A stretch of DNA of 64,000 nt, taken from assembly GCF_000737315.1 (NCBI RefSeq), contig NZ_JMCB01000013.1, forward strand, positions 62,001-126,000. The letters run 5' to 3'. The translations under genes and the position numbers were made by a program. The notes beneath the pieces are model-generated. The model saw only the letters and a list, made by a program, of their open reading frames with translations, was not told the origin of the DNA and did not search any database. Below, piece after piece: positions 39,832-48,799 of this stretch (its first letter is position 1; every line of letters starts with the position of its first letter). This stretch comes from Hyalangium minutum (lineage in GTDB: Bacteria; Myxococcota; Myxococcia; Myxococcales; Myxococcaceae).

Positions 39832-41157
39832 ATGGAGCTCATCTGCATTGGGCTGTCGCACCAGACCGCTCCCCAGGATGTGCGCGGACGGCTCGCACTG
39901 GAGAAGCAGGGCCAGATGGAGCTGCTCCAGCGCCTGGCGCAGGCCCCCACCGAGGCCTTGCTCATCTCCACCTGCAACCGGGTGGAGCTCTATGTGATGT
40001 CTCCGGACACGGCCCAGTCGGCCCACCGCGCCCGGGAGGAGCTGAGCCGCGTGGGCGGGGCCGAGACGCTGTCCCACCTCTATGAGCACCATGGGGCCGG
40101 TGCGCTGGAGCACCTGTTCCGCGTGGCCTCCAGCCTGGAGTCCATGGTGCTGGGCGAGGCGCAGATCCTCGGTCAGGTGAAGGAGTCCTTCGAACTGGGG
40201 CAGAGCGTCGGCGCGGTGCGCGGCGGGCTCACGCGCGTGTGCGCGGCGGCGTTCACCTGCGCCAAGCGCGCGCGCAACGAGACGGCGATTGGCCGCGCGG
40301 CCACCTCCATGGCCTCGGCGGCGGTGGCGCTGGCCACCAAGGTGTTCGATCAGCTGTCGGACAAGACGGCGGTGGTGATCGGCGCGGGCGAGATGGGCGA
40401 GCTGGCGGCGAAGCACCTGAAGCAGGCGAAGATCGGTCGGCTCATCATCACCAACCGGACGCTGGCCCGCGCGCAGGCGCTGGCGGAGAAGCTGGAGGGT
40501 GCGACGGCCCGTCCCCTCGAGGACCTGAGCGCGCTTCTGAAAGAGGCGGATGTGGTGGTGTGCGTGACGGGCGCTCAGGAGCCGCTGCTGACGAAGGAGA
40601 ACGTGGGCGCGGTGGGCCGGGCGCGCCGGTTCCGGCCGCTGTTCCTGGTGGACCTGTCAGTGCCTCGGAACATCGCGCCCGAGGTCTCCGAGCTGGACTG
40701 GGTGACGTCCTTCAACGTGGATGACATCCAGAAGTTCGTCGAGAAGAACGCGGCCGCGCGAGCCGAGGGCGCGCAGCAGGCCGGCGTCATCGTCATCCAG
40801 GAGGTGTCGCGCTTCATCCAGGACCGGGCGGTGCGCGAGGGCGTGCCGGTGCTGGCGCGGCTGCGGCAGCGGGCCGAGCAGATCGCCAAGGCCGAGGTGG
40901 AGAAGACACTGGCGGCGATGGGCGATGGGCTCACCGAGAAGCAGCGCAAGAGCATCGAGGCCATGGGCCGCGCCATCGTCAACAAGCTGCTGCACGAGCC
41001 CACCGCGAAGCTGCGCGCCGTGGGGCCCGAGAAGGAAGACAGCCACCGGCTCGCGGGCGCCGCGGCCGAGCTGTTCGGGCTGATCGATGAGCCCGCTCCG
41101 AATCCCTCGGAGCCCGAGGGACCCACGGCCGCCGTGGCCCATGGAGGCAAGCGATGA
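39832..41157 (+). CDS. hemA: Glutamyl-tRNA reductase
   Basis: [62 protein letters not shown]. Confidence 0.97.
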   Translation: MELICIGLSHQTAPQDVRGRLALEKQGQMELLQRLAQAPTEALLISTCNRVELYVMSPDTAQSAHRAREELSRVGGAETLSHLYEHHGAGALEHLFRVASSLESMVLGEAQILGQVKESFELGQSVGAVRGGLTRVCAAAFTCAKRARNETAIGRAATSMASAAVALATKVFDQLSDKTAVVIGAGEMGELAAKHLKQAKIGRLIITNRTLARAQALAEKLEGATARPLEDLSALLKEADVVVCVTGAQEPLLTKENVGAVGRARRFRPLFLVDLSVPRNIAPEVSELDWVTSFNVDDIQKFVEKNAAARAEGAQQAGVIVIQEVSRFIQDRAVREGVPVLARLRQRAEQIAKAEVEKTLAAMGDGLTEKQRKSIEAMGRAIVNKLLHEPTAKLRAVGPEKEDSHRLAGAAAELFGLIDEPAPNPSEPEGPTAAVAHGGKR

Positions 41158-42098
41158 CCCGCGCGGTGCGGATTGCTACCCGTCAGAGCCCGCTCGCACT
41201 GTGGCAGGCCCGCCACGTGGCGGCGCTGCTCAGGTCCCACCACACAGGGCTCGAGGTGTCCCTGGTGGAGATGACTACAGAGGGCGACCGGTTCCTCTCG
41301 GCGCCGCTGTCCGCCGTGGGCGGCAAGGGCCTGTTCGTGAAGGAGATCGAGCAGTGCTTGATCGATGGGCGCGCGGACATCGCCGTGCACAGCCTCAAGG
41401 ACATGACGTCCGTGCTGCCCGAGGGCCTGATGCTCGCGGCGGTGCCGGTGCGCGAGGACCCGCGCGACGCGTTCTGCAGCCCCACGGGGCTCACGCTGGA
41501 CACGCTGCCCCAGGGCGCGAAGGTGGGGACCTCCTCGCTGCGCCGCAGTTGCATCCTGCGCTCGCGGCGGCCGGATCTGGAGATCGTCAGCCTGCGCGGC
41601 AACGTGCAGACGCGGCTGCAGAAGACGAGAGAGATGGGGCTGGCGGGCGCGATGCTGGCCAGCGCGGGGCTCCGCCGTCTGGGCCTGGAGAAGGAGATCA
41701 CCGAGGTGGTGCCGACCGAGGTGAGTCTGCCGGCGGTGGGGCAGGGCGTGCTGGCGATCCAGTGCCGCACGAACGATGCAGAGGTCCGGGCGCTGCTCGC
41801 GCCGCTGGAGGATGCGGTGACGCGCATCGCCGTGACAGCCGAGCGGGCGCTCCTGGCGAAGCTGGAGGGTGGCTGCACGGTGCCGATGGCGGGCCACGCC
41901 ACGGTGAAGGCCGGCGAGGTGCACCTGCGCGGCTTCGTGGGGCGTCCGGACGGCTCGAGGGTGGTGGCCGGCGAGGTCCGCGGCCCGGTGAGCAACGCCC
42001 ACGCGCTGGGGGATGCGCTCGCGGATGAACTGCTCTCGCGCGGCGCCCAGGAGATCCTCCGCGACTTTGGGCGTACCGGGTTTGTTCCGAACTCCTGA
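41154..42098 (+). CDS. hemC: Porphobilinogen deaminase
   Basis: [52 protein letters not shown]. Confidence 0.97.
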   Translation: MTRAVRIATRQSPLALWQARHVAALLRSHHTGLEVSLVEMTTEGDRFLSAPLSAVGGKGLFVKEIEQCLIDGRADIAVHSLKDMTSVLPEGLMLAAVPVREDPRDAFCSPTGLTLDTLPQGAKVGTSSLRRSCILRSRRPDLEIVSLRGNVQTRLQKTREMGLAGAMLASAGLRRLGLEKEITEVVPTEVSLPAVGQGVLAIQCRTNDAEVRALLAPLEDAVTRIAVTAERALLAKLEGGCTVPMAGHATVKAGEVHLRGFVGRPDGSRVVAGEVRGPVSNAHALGDALADELLSRGAQEILRDFGRTGFVPNS

Positions 42099-42212
42099 GG
42101 AGGCAGAGCCTCAGAACCAGAGAGCGGCTGCCTCCACTTGAGTGGAACCGGTGAGCGGCTACTTGGGGCGCGGCTATCATGCCCGGCAGGATGGCGCCTG
42201 TGGGAGGGCCTC

Positions 42213-42454
42213 ATGAGATGGAAGCCGGTGGTCTGCGCGGTGTGGCTGGTGGGGTAACAGGGTGCCCTCATTCCTTCGGGCGTGGGGGAACCATTGAGCG
42301 CGCCGCAGCCAAAGACACCCGGGAAACCTACGGCCCGCAGTTCCCCCCGTGTACGGAGGAAGTGCGAAAACAACTCTGCCCTATGGGCCAAGACCCCAGC
42401 GCCAAATGCCTGCAGGTGTGTGGCGAAGAACTGGATGAGGGAGAGGACTGGTGA
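42213..42454 (+). pseudogene. Small Cys-containing lipoprotein interrupted by a 1-nt frameshift
   Basis: RBS GGGAGG, ATG 42213 reads MRWKPVVCAVWLVG* (TAA 42255); adding one G to the G4 run 42251-42254 gives ...VWLVGVTGC-PHSFGRGGTIERAAAKDTRE...CLQVCGEELDEGEDW* whose stop overlaps the next GTG start. Confidence 0.6.
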
Positions 42455-43350
42455 AGTGGCGTGGCGTGCTTGTAGCCGGGCTGGGAGGAGCCTTGGTGCT
42501 CCCCCTCGCTTGGCTCGTGTGGGTCGCGCTGTATGCGGCGCCCCAACTTCCAGGCCCTGCCATGGTGAAGCTCGGCCCGGTGCTCACCCACGAGCAGCGC
42601 AGGAGCTTGCGCACATACCACCGTGGCTGCCGCACCACGGCAGACTGCGATCCGCCGCTGGGGTGTCTCGACGACTTACGCTACTTGCGGCGCTTCTGCA
42701 CCGACAGCGAGTGCATGACGGATGGGCAGTGCCCTGAAGGTCATGTCTGCCGTGTCGTGCAGACAGCGAAGGGGCCCTGGCTCAAGCAATGTGTCTTGCT
42801 GGGCGTCCGAGGGGAAGGGGAGCGGTGCTACCAAACACCCCCGCGGACTGTGCAGGCGTGCCGTGACGGGTTGCTGTGCGCGGGAGATGGATGGTGCGGG
42901 CGGCCGTGCCGCCCAGAGCAGGCCGCCAGTTGCCCCGAGGGCTTCTTTTGCGCAGACATAGAGCCGGAGCCCGCATGCTTGCCCACATGCGAGGAGCGGG
43001 GATGTCCGGAGGGGCAGGAGTGCATGCGCGGCAGCCAGGAAGACATTGCCTCCACCTGCGCGGTGGTGCATGGCCACAACTGCCAGAAGAGTTCGTGTCC
43101 TGAGGGCTTCTGGTGCGAGGACTTCCTCATCCCTGCGCGTCCCGGAGAGGCTTGGGTGCGCTGTGCCCAGAGCTGCTTGGAGCCGGATTCGCCTCCGTGC
43201 CCGTCTGGCGAGGTGTGTTCCCTCATCTCCTGTGAGCGTCTTTGCTCCCCGGAGCAGACCGGCGCATGCGGCGAGGGCTTCCACTGCATCCAGGTGCAGG
43301 AGGACGGGCCCTGGCTCTGCAAGCCGGAGTGGTACCGCCCACGCGAGTAG
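42451..43350 (+). CDS. Membrane-anchored cysteine-rich repeat protein
   Basis: N-terminal TM, then many Cys-rich modules (CPEGHVC, CPEGFFC, CPEGQEC, CPEGFWC, CGEGFHC). Confidence 0.85.
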   Translation: MKWRGVLVAGLGGALVLPLAWLVWVALYAAPQLPGPAMVKLGPVLTHEQRRSLRTYHRGCRTTADCDPPLGCLDDLRYLRRFCTDSECMTDGQCPEGHVCRVVQTAKGPWLKQCVLLGVRGEGERCYQTPPRTVQACRDGLLCAGDGWCGRPCRPEQAASCPEGFFCADIEPEPACLPTCEERGCPEGQECMRGSQEDIASTCAVVHGHNCQKSSCPEGFWCEDFLIPARPGEAWVRCAQSCLEPDSPPCPSGEVCSLISCERLCSPEQTGACGEGFHCIQVQEDGPWLCKPEWYRPRE

Positions 43351-43460
43351 TTTCAGGTGAGCGGTGGAACAACCTAGGGGGTGAGGGGATGCACACCCGC
43401 CTCAGGAGGGAGGCGGACGTCTGACGTTCCGTGTAGAGTGAGAGACTCGGGAGGTTGTCC

Positions 43461-44435
43461 GTGTCTCTGTGGCCCGTCCGCGCCGTGCTGGTGCTCGTCC
43501 TGCTGTGGGGGTGGCCTTCACAGGCGCAACCCCGCTCCGAAGAACCTCCGCAGTCCCCGCGGCAGCTGGAGCTTCCGCCGCTTCGGGGCGTTGCCGCTGT
43601 GAATGTGGCACCGGGCATGCCCACGACGCTCCTGTTCAACGCGCCGCTGGACCGGAGCGCGGTGGAGCGCGCGGCCCATGAGCTGGGCCTGGCCCGGGTG
43701 GCCGTGGCGGAGGACACGCTGACGGTGGTGCCCGCTATGGGGGCGCAGGCAGGCACACGGCTGCGGCTGCCGGTGCGGTTCGCGGAAGGCTCCACGCAGG
43801 AGGGCGAGGTCGTGGTGTTCGTCGTGGATCCGCTGAACGCGGAGGCGCACGTGGAGGTGACGCGTCGCATGCGCACCGTCCCCGCCCTGGAAGAGGCGCT
43901 GGCCGCCGAGCGTGCGCGGTCCGCCTCGCAGGCGGCGGAGCTGGCCGCCAGGGACGTGCAGGTGGCGGAGTTGCACGCCGCCCAGGGAGATCTGGCGGGG
44001 CTGATCGAGGCTGGCACTCTGGGGCCGGAAGGCATCTCCGTCCAGCAAGTGCAGACTGACGGTTGGTACCTCGCTCCTGGCTTCCGTGCAGGGACCGCTC
44101 AGCTCTATGTGACCGCCGGGCGCAGGGCCCTGGTCGCGGAGCTCCACCTCCTTGCGGGTGAACGCCCGTGGGCGCCCGCAGGGGCCACGCTGCAACCTGT
44201 GTCGGCTGGAACGCTGGAACGCTGGAACGCACGAGTGGTGCGGCTATTGGGAACAGACGTGATCACGCCCGGTGGCCGAGCCCTCCTCGTGGTGGAGTTT
44301 GAGGTGCCCGTGGGTGGCTTGGCGCAGGAGTACCGGATGACGGTGCGGGAACAAGAGGGGCTGCGGGCGTTCGTGCTTCGGGTTCGCGAGAGCCCGCCTG
44401 GGCGCAGGGGGGAAGCCAGAGGAGGCAGGCCATGA
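43461..44435 (+). CDS. DUF2381-family (myxobacterial paralogous family) secreted protein
   Basis: Signal peptide, VAPGMPTTLLFNAPL, LPVRFAEG, central coiled coil, GLIEAGTL..GI, C-terminal beta domain; stop overlaps kinase start (ATGA). Confidence 0.75.
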   Translation: MSLWPVRAVLVLVLLWGWPSQAQPRSEEPPQSPRQLELPPLRGVAAVNVAPGMPTTLLFNAPLDRSAVERAAHELGLARVAVAEDTLTVVPAMGAQAGTRLRLPVRFAEGSTQEGEVVVFVVDPLNAEAHVEVTRRMRTVPALEEALAAERARSASQAAELAARDVQVAELHAAQGDLAGLIEAGTLGPEGISVQQVQTDGWYLAPGFRAGTAQLYVTAGRRALVAELHLLAGERPWAPAGATLQPVSAGTLERWNARVVRLLGTDVITPGGRALLVVEFEVPVGGLAQEYRMTVREQEGLRAFVLRVRESPPGRRGEARGGRP

Positions 44436-46405
44436 GTCAACACAGGCGGCTCCCTTCGGCGGACGCCGAAGAGGTCCCGGTCCCAGCCGAGCTGCTGCAG
44501 GGAACAGAGGTGAACGGCTTCCGGCTCGTGCGGTATCTGGACCAAGGGGGCTATGGGTGTGTGTGGGTGGCGGAAAACATTCACTGTCCTGGCCAGTACT
44601 GCGCGCTGAAGTTCTGCCTGCACTCACCCGAGGAGGACCCGACGGCGGACGCCCGGGCGCTGCGCGAGGTCCAGTTGCTGCTCCAGGCAGCGCACCCCAA
44701 CGTGCGCGGAGTTCTGGGCCATGGGCGGTGGCCCAACGCGAAGACGGGCATCGTCTACATCATCCTGGAGTGGGTGGAGGGGGCCACGTTGCTGGAGTGG
44801 GCACGCCAGGCCAATCCCTCCTTCCGTCAGGTGGTGCACCTGGCTCAGAAACTCGCGCGGGCGCTCCAAGAGGCCCATGAGCGGCAGGTCATGCACCGCG
44901 ACGTGAAGCCGGACAACGTGCTGGTGCGAGCGGTGGACGGGGAGCCCTTCCTGTCGGACTTCGGGATGGGGCAGACTGAGCGCAGCACCCCGCTCACCTG
45001 GGGCGGAGCCCCCCCTGGCACCCGGAGTTACCTCAGCCCCGAGGCGCTGGCGTTCTCGCCGCGTTGGGGGAAGCGCACCTACCGCTTCCGGCCCGCGGAT
45101 GACTGGTACGCGCTGGGGGTGACGCTCTATCAACTGCTCACGGAGGTGCTTCCGTTTCCGGACGAGGGCATGGGCAGGGAGTCGGTGCGGGGGATGGCGC
45201 TGCGGCAACCCGTTCCTCCGCACCTGCTCAATCCCCGGGTGCCCCTGCCGCTGAGCCGGGTGGTGATGCGGATGCTGAGCAGCCGCCTCCAAGGGCGCTA
45301 CCGCGATGGGAGGGCACTGTGTGAGGCCCTGGAGAGGGGACTTTCAGGGGCGGGTGTCTGGGATACGCCTGTGTATGAGCCCCACCCGCCCCAGCAACAG
45401 GGACAGACACCGACGCAGGAACCCACCCCAGGGGATGGCCCCCCTGCACAAGATGAAGAGGTGGCCTGGAATCACGCCGTCAAGCCGCAGCACGCACTGG
45501 AGGAGCAGCGGCGGGCCGTTGTGCTCAGCCGGCGCGACGCACTGCTGCCACGCCAGGCCAGAGCCTGGGGCCGGGTGGCACGATGGAGCCGGAGGACCCT
45601 GGCGCTGGTGGCGGTGGCCATGATGGCCTGGGTTGCATGGCGCTCGGCAGGGGCTCTGTTCCCTGGCGCCGGGAGCACCCCCGAGCAGGCCCCCCGCTCA
45701 GCTTTGGCTGCCCGGGAAGCGCCTTTTCTTTCACCTGCGGACGAACCGGCCCCAGAGTTTGTTGCGGTATTTCCCTCTCAACCCAGCCTGACGCCTGTCA
45801 CCGCCCGTGCTGAGAAAACTTTGAAGGACGACAGCCCCATGGAGACACCCAAGAGTTCATTGCCGAGCCCGCCTGCTGCCACTTCCCCACGTCCGCGCGG
45901 CGCTGGGGGCGCCCGGAAGGCGGCCTTGTGCGCTGCGGGTGTGATCGCCACGGGCTGCTCAGGCATCCCGTTGCGGCCGTCGGCTCAGGAGTGTCCGCCC
46001 GCAGCCATTCAGAACATGCGGGCGCGGCGCATCGGGGTGAAGCGAGGCATGCAGATCAAACTGGATGTGACCGGTCCTGAGGGAGAAGTCCAACTCAAGG
46101 CGGGACAGAAGGTGGTGAGCGAATCGCGAGACAACACAGGTTTCATAGGTCCCGGTGGGGTTCCCGAGGACGGCACCCTCCTGTACGGCAAGGTGGTCGC
46201 AGGGGGAGAGGGGCTTTTCTTCGTCCGCTATGAGGAGGCGCTCTTTCCGGGCGAATCAGAGAAGGTCCCTATCTGCGCTCACGCCGCTGATGCAGGCACT
46301 AACTGGTATGCGCTCACAGCGGAGCCCGGCTCGACGAACGAGATCTTCACCACCTTGAATAACAGCACCGCCATCTTCTTGCTCCAGTTTCCCGGCGAGC
46401 CGTGA
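44432..46405 (+). CDS. Membrane Ser/Thr protein kinase with Pro-rich linker, internal lipobox and C-terminal extracytoplasmic domain
   Basis: DQGGYGCV, ALK, HRDVKPDN, SDFG, GTRSYLSPE all intact; TM TLALVAVAMMAWVAW; AGVIATGC509; C-terminal GTLLYG..VRYEEALFPG..VPIC. Confidence 0.9.
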   Translation: MSQHRRLPSADAEEVPVPAELLQGTEVNGFRLVRYLDQGGYGCVWVAENIHCPGQYCALKFCLHSPEEDPTADARALREVQLLLQAAHPNVRGVLGHGRWPNAKTGIVYIILEWVEGATLLEWARQANPSFRQVVHLAQKLARALQEAHERQVMHRDVKPDNVLVRAVDGEPFLSDFGMGQTERSTPLTWGGAPPGTRSYLSPEALAFSPRWGKRTYRFRPADDWYALGVTLYQLLTEVLPFPDEGMGRESVRGMALRQPVPPHLLNPRVPLPLSRVVMRMLSSRLQGRYRDGRALCEALERGLSGAGVWDTPVYEPHPPQQQGQTPTQEPTPGDGPPAQDEEVAWNHAVKPQHALEEQRRAVVLSRRDALLPRQARAWGRVARWSRRTLALVAVAMMAWVAWRSAGALFPGAGSTPEQAPRSALAAREAPFLSPADEPAPEFVAVFPSQPSLTPVTARAEKTLKDDSPMETPKSSLPSPPAATSPRPRGAGGARKAALCAAGVIATGCSGIPLRPSAQECPPAAIQNMRARRIGVKRGMQIKLDVTGPEGEVQLKAGQKVVSESRDNTGFIGPGGVPEDGTLLYGKVVAGGEGLFFVRYEEALFPGESEKVPICAHAADAGTNWYALTAEPGSTNEIFTTLNNSTAIFLLQFPGEP

Positions 46406-46576
46406 AGCCCCCGCGCGTCGCCTGCAGCCCAATCTCCCCACTCACAGGGTATGGCGGCTGGCGGCTTTTTCATGTTACTCTCTGGGTATGAAGACGCGGC
46501 AGAACCCCTGAAGTCGTCTTCATGTTGGCCCTCACCCCATGGCCCAGCCGCCGTGGACCTTCCCAGGAGTGCATGC

Positions 46577-47704
46577 ATGCCCACTCGAGCTGCCACCTAT
46601 TCCCTGTCTCCGGAAGCCCCTCGCTTCACCGTGGGCTCGCGTACCTACGCCGCCGTTCGCAGCCTGGGGCCGTACGGCGTGGGGGAGCGCTTCCTCGCGC
46701 GCCCCGTGGACGCTGGGGAGCCGGGAGCGCTGGTGCTGATCCAACGGCTGCATGCCACACCCAGCGAGGGAGATCGCCGGCGGCTGCTGGAGGAAGCGCG
46801 GCTGCTGCGTCTGTTGAATCACCCCAGCATTCCGCGCGTGCTCGCGGTGGCGCCGGGCGCGCAGCGTCCGTGGGTGGCGCTGGAGTATGTGGAGGGCATG
46901 TCCCTGGAGCGGGTATTGAACCGGGCCGTCGTGAGGCGCCAGCCGATGTCGGCGCCGTTCGCGGCCTCTGTCGTCGCCCAGGTGGCGGATGCGCTCCACG
47001 CCGCGCATGGGCTGGAGGATGAGCGCGGGCAGTTGCTCCACCTCGTTCACCGGGACGTCTGTCCGCGCCATATCTTTCTGACCCGCGATGGAGAGGTTCA
47101 GCTCACCGCCTTTGGCGCGGCGTTCACCACGCGTCCAGGGCGTCCTGCCACGCCGGGCCTGCTCGTGAAGGGGACCGGGGAGTACTCGGCGCCCGAGGTC
47201 CTGGTGCACCGGGTGCCGGACGCCCGCGCGGACATCTTCTCCCTGGGGCTCATCTTGCTGGAGCTGCTCAGCAACCGCTATCTGCTGGATCCTTCGGATG
47301 AGGGCGTGCCGCGCGCCCTGCCCGGTCACCTGGCGAAGCTGGAGAACAGACTCCGGGCCGAGGATCCGGGCTGGGCGCCGCCCGCGCACCTGGCGGCCCG
47401 TGCCGAGCACTTGCGGCCAGAGGACGTGGAGCGTGTGACTGCCGGGGCGCCTGCCGCACTGCGCGCCGTGGTGCTCCGGGCCCTGCGGCTCCAGCCGGAG
47501 GAGCGGTACGCTTCCGCCTTGACCCTGCGGGATGAGCTGCACGGCTTCCTCGCGCAGCAGGCCCAGCCCTACGGCAAAGAGGAGCGGCTGGCGGAACTGC
47601 AGAGGCGGATCTCCACACGGGGGTATCGCCGGGAAGGCGTGGAGACGAGCCAGGAGCCGGTGCCTGCAGAGTTCCGGCGCCCCCGCGCTGGAATGGAGGG
47701 CTGA
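46577..47704 (+). CDS. Ser/Thr kinase-fold protein with degenerate catalytic motifs (pseudokinase)
   Basis: HRDVCPRH, GTGEYSAPE, DIFSLG retained, but VxxK Lys replaced by Gln (LVLIQRL) and DFG replaced by AFG (QLTAFGAA); AGGAG RBS before ATG 46577. Confidence 0.8.
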   Translation: MPTRAATYSLSPEAPRFTVGSRTYAAVRSLGPYGVGERFLARPVDAGEPGALVLIQRLHATPSEGDRRRLLEEARLLRLLNHPSIPRVLAVAPGAQRPWVALEYVEGMSLERVLNRAVVRRQPMSAPFAASVVAQVADALHAAHGLEDERGQLLHLVHRDVCPRHIFLTRDGEVQLTAFGAAFTTRPGRPATPGLLVKGTGEYSAPEVLVHRVPDARADIFSLGLILLELLSNRYLLDPSDEGVPRALPGHLAKLENRLRAEDPGWAPPAHLAARAEHLRPEDVERVTAGAPAALRAVVLRALRLQPEERYASALTLRDELHGFLAQQAQPYGKEERLAELQRRISTRGYRREGVETSQEPVPAEFRRPRAGMEG

Positions 47705-47788
47705 CAGCCCCCATCGCTTGTGGGTGGGCAACTCCCCACCCATGTCGATGCGCCGTTTGGCAGCGACACCTGCGGCGCGGCTGGGCGC

Positions 47789-48667
47789 TCAGTGCATCGG
47801 TCCGGTGGGAGGCATGGGTTCGAAGACGATCAGCTGCGGGCTGTAGAGGAACCCTTCATCCGCGCGTGGCTGACGGAACTTCCACTGCAACTCTTCGTCC
47901 ACCAGCATGTCCCCCGCTTTGAATCGCACCCCCGTGGAGTGCATCGTGTCGAAGGTGCTCCTGAAGAGCCGATAGATGTTCCGGACATCCTGGTCTCTGT
48001 CGATGTGCAGGGCCAGGTCTGGCATGTTGAGCCGTGGGGCGCCGCAGGTGCGAACCCAGAGCCCTTCGTGGCCCTCCACCTGCAGTGTCACGAAGCCAAT
48101 AAACAAGGTCATCCACGGCAAGGTGCTCAGCACCTGCTCCAGCTCTTCTCCAGGCTGGGGAGCGAGCCGCACCACCGGACAGGAGGTGCACGCGTTCGGG
48201 TTCAGCACGACGGAGGCCCCCAAGGGCAGCAGCCCCACCGCGATCTTCGCCAGGGCTCGGTATTGCTCCAAGGGCGACCGCTCCTGGCCCTTGTAGATGA
48301 GGATGGCATGCGCGGTGTGCGCATGGGCCTGCTCCTTCCACGCATCTTCGTAGAGCAGCGCGGTGTTGACCGTCTGCTCCAGCAGGTCCGCGGGCGCGGG
48401 CACGCTCAGGAACCCCACATACACGGTGTGCTGTGCCCACTGCACCAGGGCCAGTTGCTCCATCAATCCCACGCTGGGGCCTTCGATGGGGATCCTCATC
48501 TCCACGCGGACGTGCGCCAGAGACGGGTGCACCTTCTGGAGCATGCGCGTGAAGGTGTCCGCGAAGGGCCAGACGGCGCGCGGGAACAAGACTTGAAGGT
48601 TCAAAGGCGGCTCTTGCTGGGAGGCAAGCGCCCTGTTCCTGGCTCGGAGTAACTTTCGAAGTCCCAC
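47789..48667 (-). CDS. DUF4261-like protein
   Basis: HTAHAILIY, GLWVRTCGAPRLNMPDLA, FKAGDML resemble the DUF4261 pattern; GGAGG RBS before GTG 48667. Confidence 0.5.
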   Translation of the reverse strand: MGLRKLLRARNRALASQQEPPLNLQVLFPRAVWPFADTFTRMLQKVHPSLAHVRVEMRIPIEGPSVGLMEQLALVQWAQHTVYVGFLSVPAPADLLEQTVNTALLYEDAWKEQAHAHTAHAILIYKGQERSPLEQYRALAKIAVGLLPLGASVVLNPNACTSCPVVRLAPQPGEELEQVLSTLPWMTLFIGFVTLQVEGHEGLWVRTCGAPRLNMPDLALHIDRDQDVRNIYRLFRSTFDTMHSTGVRFKAGDMLVDEELQWKFRQPRADEGFLYSPQLIVFEPMPPTGPMH

Positions 48668-48799
48668 GGATCCTCCCCATGAAGGCGGGCCGCTCGTGCC
48701 CCACCTGTTGGGTGGGGAGGAACGCAGAAATCACGCGCGAAGTCCAGGGGCAGAATCCGCTTCAAGGCGCTCTGGTGACCTGGGCTAGAGTCCGCGCCC

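Noticed and set aside
42179-42454. 91-aa ORF as given by the track (MPGRMAPVGG...)
   Set aside because: Its N-terminus looks non-coding; the RBS and signal peptide belong to the other frame starting at 42213, so the frameshifted-lipoprotein model is preferred.
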